Part shown: positions 49,321 to 56,651 of the stretch, piece by piece
How the letters are laid out: each line of letters opens with the position of its first letter
Numbering within the stretch: position 1 is the first letter of the stretch
Source of the DNA: an uncultured Candidatus Peribacteria bacterium
GTDB lineage: Bacteria; Patescibacteriota; Gracilibacteria; UBA1369; LOWO2-01-FULL-3
Assembly (NCBI GenBank): GCA_964356355.1
Contig: CAYHGX010000001.1
Span: forward strand, 68,299-132,298
Reading direction: 5' to 3'
Length of the DNA: 64,000 bases
Notes under the pieces: generated by a model
Told to the model about the DNA's origin: nothing
The model's database searches: none
The model's input: only the letters and a program-made list of their open reading frames with translations
Made by a program: the position numbers and the translations under genes

Positions 49321-49372
49321 TATCACTTTGTTGTTTTCTCTTTTGATGGGTTGTTCTCTTGGTGGCTTGGCC

Positions 49373-49401
49373 TTGTGTTTTGGGCTGTTTTTTGGTAGAA
49401 T
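49373..49401 (+). promoter_or_regulatory. Putative promoter of the VirB4-like gene
   Basis: TTGTGT-N17-TAGAAT is preceded by TGg, about 35 nt upstream of the ATG at 49438. Confidence 0.4.
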
Positions 49402-49437
49402 AATGAGATTTAAAAGACAAAAACAAAGACCAAAACT

Positions 49438-51699
49438 ATGGCTAATGTATTTACAGACGATAAGGCGAAGAGTGATTCTGTGGCCGCTGGGGCTCCGAGT
49501 TGGCTTAAAGATGCCGATGTGATGGTGCCTGGAGCGGGAATTGCTGATGTGGCGCCTGCGGTTGCTCCTTCAAAGGACTATGAGGGTTCTTTGCCTCAGT
49601 TTCACGATGAAAAACCTACCGCAACTCAGTTGGGAGTTGATCCTGCCTCTTGGGTAGTGATTGAAAGTGCTGATAAACAGGCGGCGGAGAAAATGATGGC
49701 TGCGGGTCTTGATCCTAAAACTGGAAGGTTAATGGCGGCTTCGCAGGCTGTTGTTGAGGGAGATGATACTGGAGAAAAAAAGCTAGTAGTTGAGGGAAAC
49801 AAGGATAAAGATGGAGTACTTGGTACTTTGAAAAAATTATTTAGTTTTGGTGTGAAAAGGCCTCAGGTAGAGGGAGTGGCTGGAGCTGCGGTTCCGGTGG
49901 CTACTAAAATTGATCCTTCTGGGAAATTGACGGTTGATGAGAAGAAGAAATTTATGGAGGCTGAGAAAATCTATCAGGAGGGCTTGGCGGCGATTAAAGA
50001 TTTGATTGCGCCGGCTTCCATGGAGATTCAGTATGATAAATTGCGAGTAGATGGCATGTATTGCCAATCATTTTATGTATTTGCTTATCCTCGTTATTTG
50101 GATGCTAACTGGCTCTCTCCGGTGATCAATTTCGACGTAACAATGGATATAAGCCAATTTATCTATCCGATCAACTCGGGAGATATTATGAAGATTCTGC
50201 GCAAGAAAGTTGCACAGATGCAGTCGAGTATGCGTATGAATGCGGAAAAAGGGCATGTGCGTGATCCAGCTATTGAGACGGCTTTGGAAGATGCTGAGTC
50301 TTTGCGAACAGATATTCAGCGCGGACAGGAGAAGTTTTTCCAATTTGCACTCTATTTTACGGTTTACGCTACCAGTGAAAAGAAGCTGGAGAAGGTGGCG
50401 AAGCAGCTTGAGAGCCTTTTGGCAGGTAAATTGGTGCTTACAAAACGTGCGCAGCTACAGGCTGAACATGGTTTTAATTCTTCGATTCCGATTTGTTTGG
50501 ATCAACTTTATACGATTCGAAATATGAATACTGGGCCGCTTTCAAGTACATTTCCGTTTACCTCTTCAGATCTTACCTCTGATAAGGGTATTTTGTATGG
50601 AATTAACCGTCACAATGACAGCTTGATTATATTTGATCGGTTTGCCCTGGAGAATGCTAATAGTGTGGTGTTTGCCAAGTCCGGTGCGGGTAAGTCTTAT
50701 GCCGTGAAGTTGGAGATTTTGCGTCAGATGATGATGGGTACCGACGTGATCGTGATCGATCCGGAAAATGAGTATGAGGCGCTGGCCAATACGGTTGGTG
50801 GCTCTTATTTAAGGCTTAGTTTGAACAGTGATCGTAGAATTAATCCTTTTGATTTGCCGCGGCCGATTGAGGGTGATGATAACAAGCCTGGCGATTTATT
50901 GCGCTCTGGAATTATTAATTTGCATGGTTTGATGAACTTGATGCTGGGTAAGCTTACACCTGAAGAGGAGAGCATCCTGGATCGGGCTTTGATTGATGTG
51001 TATGCGCTAAAAGGCATTACAATGGAGACCGTGGATCCTTCGGTTTTTGAGCCCCCGACGATGGAGGATTTATACCAGATCTTGAGCTCCTTGGAGGGGG
51101 CGACTGGGCTAACTCAAAGGCTTTCTAAATATACTACAGGTTCTTATTCCGGAATTTTCAATAAGCCTACTAATGTGGATCTCTCAACCGGCATGATGGT
51201 GTTCTGTATTCGTGACCTTGAGGACGCACTTCGGCCGATTGCGATGTATATTATTTTGAACTATATCTGGAATAGCGTTCGCAGCGAGCTCAAGAAGAGA
51301 ATTCTGGTTATAGATGAGGCCTGGACGATGATGCAGCATGAGGATAGTGCAAAATTTTTGAACGGACTAGTGAAGAGAGCAAGAAAATATTACCTGGGAG
51401 TGTCAACAATTACTCAGGACGTGGAAGATTTCTTAAAGAGTGAGTATGGTAAGCCAATTATTACCAACTCCTCGATGCAGTTGCTTTTGAAACAGTCGCC
51501 TTCAGCTGTGGAGATGCTGGGGCATATTTTCAATCTTACCGATGGGGAGAAGTATGTGCTCCTTAATAGTGGTGTGGGGCAGGGCCTATTCTTTGCCGGC
51601 CAGAAGCACGTGGCAGTGCAGGTGATTGCCTCATTTACTGAGAATAAAATAGTGACTACGAACCCTGAAGAGGTGATTAAGGCCAGGGAGCAGGCTTAA
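49438..51699 (+). CDS. virB4: VirB4/TrbE/CagE-family type IV secretion-like ATPase
   Basis: Walker A is FAKSGAGKSY and Walker B is ILVIDEAW. The conserved VirB4 context includes FPF...L, NPFD and YYLGVSTITQ. The ~190-aa N-terminal region is Ala/Gly/Val/Lys-rich and has no recognisable domain. Confidence 0.85.
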   Translation: MANVFTDDKAKSDSVAAGAPSWLKDADVMVPGAGIADVAPAVAPSKDYEGSLPQFHDEKPTATQLGVDPASWVVIESADKQAAEKMMAAGLDPKTGRLMAASQAVVEGDDTGEKKLVVEGNKDKDGVLGTLKKLFSFGVKRPQVEGVAGAAVPVATKIDPSGKLTVDEKKKFMEAEKIYQEGLAAIKDLIAPASMEIQYDKLRVDGMYCQSFYVFAYPRYLDANWLSPVINFDVTMDISQFIYPINSGDIMKILRKKVAQMQSSMRMNAEKGHVRDPAIETALEDAESLRTDIQRGQEKFFQFALYFTVYATSEKKLEKVAKQLESLLAGKLVLTKRAQLQAEHGFNSSIPICLDQLYTIRNMNTGPLSSTFPFTSSDLTSDKGILYGINRHNDSLIIFDRFALENANSVVFAKSGAGKSYAVKLEILRQMMMGTDVIVIDPENEYEALANTVGGSYLRLSLNSDRRINPFDLPRPIEGDDNKPGDLLRSGIINLHGLMNLMLGKLTPEEESILDRALIDVYALKGITMETVDPSVFEPPTMEDLYQILSSLEGATGLTQRLSKYTTGSYSGIFNKPTNVDLSTGMMVFCIRDLEDALRPIAMYIILNYIWNSVRSELKKRILVIDEAWTMMQHEDSAKFLNGLVKRARKYYLGVSTITQDVEDFLKSEYGKPIITNSSMQLLLKQSPSAVEMLGHIFNLTDGEKYVLLNSGVGQGLFFAGQKHVAVQVIASFTENKIVTTNPEEVIKAREQA

Positions 51700-51727
51700 G
51701 CCTTTCAGTATTAGCCTTTCTTGCCCC

Positions 51728-51756
51728 TTGTTATTTTCTGGGAATTATTGTATAAT
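51728..51756 (+). promoter_or_regulatory. Putative promoter of the 74-aa ORF
   Basis: TTGTTA-N17-TATAAT (51728-51733 and 51751-51756) lies ~30 nt upstream of ATG 51788. Confidence 0.45.
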
Positions 51757-51787
51757 GTAGTTAAATACATTTTTAACAAAAACAAAA

Positions 51788-52012
51788 ATGAATACAAAAG
51801 TACACAGTTATGCAAATGTGCATCCAATGGTGGTGTTTTGGATCGGCTTGCTAACAGGTGCTATCATCGTTGGTTTATCGTTCTTTTATAGAACACTAGT
51901 ACCGGCTGATTACAATTCTTCACTGTTTAGTTATCCAACTTACAGTACAAACTTGAAGACAAGTCTTAGTCCTACTTATAGTCCAATTTCAATTACTCAG
52001 CCAATGGGCTAA
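51788..52012 (+). CDS. Small single-pass membrane protein, unknown function
   Basis: The 74-aa ORF has one hydrophobic helix (VVFWIGLLTGAIIVGLSFFY) and a Ser/Thr/Tyr/Pro-rich tail. A consensus-like promoter lies upstream. Confidence 0.45.
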   Translation: MNTKVHSYANVHPMVVFWIGLLTGAIIVGLSFFYRTLVPADYNSSLFSYPTYSTNLKTSLSPTYSPISITQPMG

Positions 52013-52037
52013 AGGTGTGGATTAAATTGTATCGTAG

Positions 52038-52070
52038 AAGAGTGAGTAGTTAAGGCTATTCACTCTTTTT
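52038..52070. terminator. Hairpin between convergent genes (possible bidirectional terminator)
   Basis: The 8-bp stem is AAGAGTGA/TCACTCTT with a 14-nt loop, followed by TTT. It overlaps the stop codon of the minus-strand 1490-aa gene. Confidence 0.45.
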
Positions 52071-55000
52071 ATGCTGGGAAGTGACGTGAGCTGATTGTAG
52101 CTGTCAACATTGCTTCGAGTTCATCCGGGTCTGCCAATTTTTTTAATTTAGCCTTGAGTATATTTCTCTTAACTGTTTTTCCGTTTTCTGTGGTTTCTGC
52201 TTCTATTAGTCTATCAAATTCTGTGGCTATTTCTGCCCGTTTTTCCCTGAATAATTCAATTAATGAGCGGAATCCTTCGAATTTTCTTTCAACTTGGCCG
52301 GAGTTGTCTACATGTCTAAAGTTTTCATCTTGAATTCTGGTGATTCCACGTGTAATTGATATGTTTGTTAGGGCGGGGAAGCTTGTCAGATAGTATCCAG
52401 GTTTTTCTGAGTCTTTTAATTCGGGGATTAGAGTACCTTGGAGATCCTGATCTGTAATATTTAGTGTTTCGATGAATTCCAAGATCATGGCAATGCTTGG
52501 TAGGATATAGTAGCTGAATTCACCTGAAGGGTCTTTGGTAAAGTATCCTTCCATCTTAGGGGTGTTGAAATAGGCGAAATCTTCCAGGGCATCTTTTAGG
52601 TATGGTATCATTTCATCTTTGATACGCTTAAATTCTTTAGCTCTATTTGGATTTGCGCTGGCTGTAATTAGCTCCTGATTGTAGGTTTGCACAAGTAGGC
52701 TTACTGCTCTAATTCTTCCAAAATGTAAAAGTAGATGGTATTTATCGTTTGGGTCTACGTTTTTAATAAGTGGAAAGCCTTCTTCATTGCAGGTAGTGAT
52801 TGCTTGTGAAATTTTTTGTCTATTGAAAGCATTTGTAGGTAGTGGTTCTGTTTCTGCGGTATTTGTTTCGTCGGGATATTTTGTTTTGCTGGTTGCCATC
52901 ATTAAAAGTGCTAACATTTTTTGGTAGGCAAAGCGTGCAGCTTGGCGCGATAGTCCAATCTGATTGCTAATTCTCCAGTTTTCGCCGTAGCCTATTGCAG
53001 CTCTTTCATATTCTCCGCAATAGTCGTAGGTTTGGGCCAATAATTCCAGGAATGCTACGTCATCGATGGGGTCGAAAATTAGTGGATTGGTTTCTCGGGC
53101 TTGTCTTATTGCATCTAATTCGTGACGTAAATTAATGAGAATTTTAGTTTCTTTTTGATTGAATAATGAGGGATCTACGGCGCCATCATCATCTATACTT
53201 TGGCGGGTTTTTGGTTTACGAACAGTGCATTCGAATAGATATCTTTGATATAGCAATTTAATTTTGGCGTAGGTTTTTGGATCTGATTTGGCTATTTCCT
53301 GTATTTCAGGTTTTTCTAGCGAATATTTTTGAAGCCATCCTTCAAGGGCGGCTACGATATTTGATATGTTACTTACTTCATCTCCGTGATCGCAGGCTCG
53401 AGCCTCATGTTGCATTTCAATTGTGAGTAGGTCTCCAGGGGTGTAATTTCCACGACTATCTTGGATTTTTTTGAAATATGAGTTCATCTTGACTCTTTTT
53501 TCTGCGTTTCGAATTTGAGATTCTTCCATTGAGGCCATGCGGAAGCCCATTTTGTAGGCTTCTAAAAGTTTTGGGTTTTCTGGATCTTGGGTATTGGTGC
53601 AGATTGCTTCCAATGTGTCGATTGCAGCGTGGACTCTTGCGAATTGACCGAGATTGGCTCCGCTTTCGATGTAGGTGAGGAGTGCGGATTTGATCAATAT
53701 AATCATTTCTTCGGTGGTGGACTGTTCTTCTTCTGATTTTCCTGAAAGTACGATGGGGTGCTCTTGTAGTTCTTGGATTAATTTTGCAGCTGCGGTTTTG
53801 GCTTTTGGATCTAGATTGCAAAGAATGGCTGAGGCGTGTGCTAATCCTTTGGCATATTGTCTGCCTTCGTGGTCTTTTTCTAGTACGGTAGTTGCTTTTC
53901 TTGTGTAGGCAGCCCAAACTTTGCGGTGAGCTTTGTTTCTGAGGGTTGAGGTTTCGGTTGCGGCTTGGAGCCAGCTGAATTTTACTTCATCTGGAACATT
54001 TGAGTCGGCCGATATTCTGCCATAGTGTTTGAAAACTAGTTTCTGTTTTTCTTGAGGAGGGATTGAGTCCTTGATGGCTTCGCCAATTGTTTCATTTGAA
54101 AGTTCATAGGCTGTGGTGATGCCATTGTTATCTACGATTTTAGTGAGGTAGTCTTGTTTTATTAGTAGATCTATTATTGCAATGGCCTCTCCGCCGATTT
54201 TTCCTGTTTCTTCGGCAGTGATCTCGAGTAATCTTCTTACGGTAAATGGGGTGCCGGTCATGGCAACTAATCGAAGAATAGAGAGGATTTTTGGTTCAAG
54301 TTTTATGATTCTGTTTCTTTCATGTTGGATTAGATCTTCTTGGTTGTTGATTTTTTGAAGTTCCTCGAGTGCTGCGTTGGTAAGTCCAATTTCATTTTCT
54401 CCGTAGGTGAGAAACTTATCTGGATTTCTTAAGAGAATGTTTATTAAGCTGGTGAATCCCCATGGAGTTTGGATTTTATTTGCTAGCATTAGGTGCCAAT
54501 CGTTGGTAAAGGTTTTTCTTTCGCCGGTTGTGCTATTTAGACACTTTTCTTCTGGAAGTGAGTAGAAAACGTAGTCTGCGGCAGTTTGTGGATCTTGTAA
54601 ATTGAGTTTTGGCGTGCCGGTTTTTTCATCTTGGAGCCAAATTGTTTTGACAGCTTTGGGACCAAAGGAAGATCCAAGATTGGCTTCCATGGCGGTTTGT
54701 TTTGTAGATTTAAATCTATCTTCTGGCCTCATGGTGGCAATGATGCGGCATTGGGTTTCTCTTAGTACTGTTTCCATGATTTTCATGATGTGTTCATCGG
54801 AGTGGGCGTCGATGTGGTGCATATCATCTAGGACGATGGGGAAAGAACCAAAAATTTGTTCAAATGCACTGATGGCACCGATGATCTTTGATACTAATTC
54901 ATGAGGTTTTGTTTGTGCTAAGTGTAGTCTTTCTCCGGGAGAAAGGCTGCATATTTGCTGTAGCGGAGCGAGCAGTGCTTTATATTGATCTGCTTTTGCA

Positions 55001-56541
55001 AGGTCCTTTATTTTACTTTTTGCAAAGGCATCGAGCTGTTCAATAATATTGATCAGGGCCATGCCGGGGAGCTTCTCGCAGGCTGGGTCGATGCTAAGGA
55101 TCATCGCGCCTGGGTTCTCTTTCATTAGTTCATCCAAAATACGTGATTTTCCGATACCGGCTTTACCTTTTATTATGGTTAGTTTCGTTCTGCTTTTTGG
55201 GCCAGTTCCTTCTCTTAATTCTTCTAAAACATCCTGTTGTCCGATGAGTTTTCTAGGGCCTCCACCTACTCTAAGAGTGGCTTCTCTGACAACGTCTAGA
55301 ATGCGGTAGTATTTTGTGCCGGGTATTTTTTCTACTTTTAATTGTGAAGTAGTGTTTTCGCGGCTCCTTAGTTGTTTTTCATAGGTTTCTTCATCGATAA
55401 TATAGTCGGCCTTGTTTTCTCCTTCACCTAGCTTTGACCATTGGATAAGCTCTTGTGTGGAGAGGTAGTCGTTCATTTTCAATCCTTCTTCGGATTGAGA
55501 AAGCGTTCCTTTTCCAAAGCGGAGATGGGCTTTCCCTTGAGTTTTTTTGCGTATACCTAGTCCAAAATTTTCCAAAAAACCGCTGGCGCGTTCTTGTAGT
55601 GCGATGATTACAATGTTGTCCATGCTATCTTTTTTGACAATAAAGCCATCAGAGCGGGAAATTGCCGCGATATCATTTAGGATGTGGACGATATGGGGGA
55701 AGCCAAAATTGCTACCTTGAAGGATTATATGTGGATTGATCACTAAGTAACTGACGCTGCCAGTGGCATTGGTTTCTTTTTCGTTGGGCTTTTTTTCTTC
55801 TTCTTTTAGTGAGTTGATTGTTCTTGTTGATGTGTTTAGGTCTGGTCCAAATTTTTTGGCAGTGGTTGGAAGGAATCCATCTAATGAATAACTTGTGACT
55901 GGGTCATTGTCTCTGGTGCCAATTGTTAAAGATTGTCTGTGGGCAGCCACTTTTCCAGGTTTTGGTACGTCTAGTGTCTCTCTGTAAAGTGTTGGGTTGC
56001 AAGCAATAAATGTGGAGCCGATTCTTAATACTAAGTGCCCTTTGGGATCAATAGTAGTAGTTACTTTTGATTCAATATTAAGATCGGTTAGAGCCTGGTA
56101 AACAAGTAATGCATTTATGTGGCTTGGGATGAGTTCTTGAATAGTGACGATGTCGTCCTGGTCGTTCATTATGGCGCCGTGATCCGTGTTTAGGCTTAAT
56201 CCAAGCCTGTTCAGGGCGGTTTGAACTACGGGAAGGTTTTCTCTTTTGAAACTGATGCGCATTATTTGATATTGCTCTGGAGTAATACTTAATGAATGAG
56301 GATCATGAAGGTGGCAGATAGCGAGAGGTTGAAGGTGTGGAGAGAGTTTTTGCACCTCTTCAGCTAAAATCATCGATCCCTCTGTTAATTGAGTGGAAAT
56401 TTCAGAGACTATTGTTGTTTTAAAAGGATCAACATCTGGTTTGCTGTAGAGATCTGGTCCCTTTGTATTGATAGGGGCGAACTCAAGATCTCTTCTTGTT
56501 GGTATGGCAATTGGGCTAATTCTTGAATCTGGGCTGGCCAT
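52069..56541 (-). CDS. Large STAND/AAA_16-like P-loop NTPase with unassigned ~440-aa N-terminal region and long helical-repeat C-terminus
   Basis: The protein is 1490 aa. Walker A is IIKGKAGIGKSRILDEL and Walker B-like is FPIVLDDMHHID. About 800 aa of helix-rich, TPR-like sequence follows. I recognise no motif in the N-terminal 440 aa. Confidence 0.75.
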   Translation of the reverse strand: MASPDSRISPIAIPTRRDLEFAPINTKGPDLYSKPDVDPFKTTIVSEISTQLTEGSMILAEEVQKLSPHLQPLAICHLHDPHSLSITPEQYQIMRISFKRENLPVVQTALNRLGLSLNTDHGAIMNDQDDIVTIQELIPSHINALLVYQALTDLNIESKVTTTIDPKGHLVLRIGSTFIACNPTLYRETLDVPKPGKVAAHRQSLTIGTRDNDPVTSYSLDGFLPTTAKKFGPDLNTSTRTINSLKEEEKKPNEKETNATGSVSYLVINPHIILQGSNFGFPHIVHILNDIAAISRSDGFIVKKDSMDNIVIIALQERASGFLENFGLGIRKKTQGKAHLRFGKGTLSQSEEGLKMNDYLSTQELIQWSKLGEGENKADYIIDEETYEKQLRSRENTTSQLKVEKIPGTKYYRILDVVREATLRVGGGPRKLIGQQDVLEELREGTGPKSRTKLTIIKGKAGIGKSRILDELMKENPGAMILSIDPACEKLPGMALINIIEQLDAFAKSKIKDLAKADQYKALLAPLQQICSLSPGERLHLAQTKPHELVSKIIGAISAFEQIFGSFPIVLDDMHHIDAHSDEHIMKIMETVLRETQCRIIATMRPEDRFKSTKQTAMEANLGSSFGPKAVKTIWLQDEKTGTPKLNLQDPQTAADYVFYSLPEEKCLNSTTGERKTFTNDWHLMLANKIQTPWGFTSLINILLRNPDKFLTYGENEIGLTNAALEELQKINNQEDLIQHERNRIIKLEPKILSILRLVAMTGTPFTVRRLLEITAEETGKIGGEAIAIIDLLIKQDYLTKIVDNNGITTAYELSNETIGEAIKDSIPPQEKQKLVFKHYGRISADSNVPDEVKFSWLQAATETSTLRNKAHRKVWAAYTRKATTVLEKDHEGRQYAKGLAHASAILCNLDPKAKTAAAKLIQELQEHPIVLSGKSEEEQSTTEEMIILIKSALLTYIESGANLGQFARVHAAIDTLEAICTNTQDPENPKLLEAYKMGFRMASMEESQIRNAEKRVKMNSYFKKIQDSRGNYTPGDLLTIEMQHEARACDHGDEVSNISNIVAALEGWLQKYSLEKPEIQEIAKSDPKTYAKIKLLYQRYLFECTVRKPKTRQSIDDDGAVDPSLFNQKETKILINLRHELDAIRQARETNPLIFDPIDDVAFLELLAQTYDYCGEYERAAIGYGENWRISNQIGLSRQAARFAYQKMLALLMMATSKTKYPDETNTAETEPLPTNAFNRQKISQAITTCNEEGFPLIKNVDPNDKYHLLLHFGRIRAVSLLVQTYNQELITASANPNRAKEFKRIKDEMIPYLKDALEDFAYFNTPKMEGYFTKDPSGEFSYYILPSIAMILEFIETLNITDQDLQGTLIPELKDSEKPGYYLTSFPALTNISITRGITRIQDENFRHVDNSGQVERKFEGFRSLIELFREKRAEIATEFDRLIEAETTENGKTVKRNILKAKLKKLADPDELEAMLTATISSRHFPA

Positions 56542-56651
56542 AGGGCTGGTTTATTTTTAAGGGGTTATCCTAACATTTTTGAGGAAATAGGCAAGTGGAA
56601 TTGAAAAAGTGGTGGTTTTGTGTTATAATTTGAAGATTAATTTGATCTTAA

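Noticed and set aside
47574-49426. These are long minus-strand and off-frame ORFs across the high-GC block: 47574-47999, 48524-48844, 48826-49212, 48870-49169 and 48971-49426 on the minus strand, and 47969-48154 and 48115-48297 on the plus strand.
   Set aside because: Their Arg/Pro/Ala/Ser-rich junk composition is typical of wrong-frame translation of GC-rich DNA. They run through terminator hairpins and the conserved non-coding leader. The M1 and M2 copies are not conserved as protein.
47444-49437. I considered a replication origin (oriC) between gyrA and the VirB4-like gene. Gene orientation diverges here, and gyrA/gyrB often lie near oriC.
   Set aside because: I found no cluster of DnaA-box-like 9-mers (TTATCCACA/TGTGGATAA). 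Only isolated 7/9 matches occur, for example around 47476 and 47693. There is no dnaA or dnaN nearby and no AT-rich unwinding element. Strand switches also occur several times elsewhere in the window. A genome-wide GC-skew analysis would be needed to settle it.
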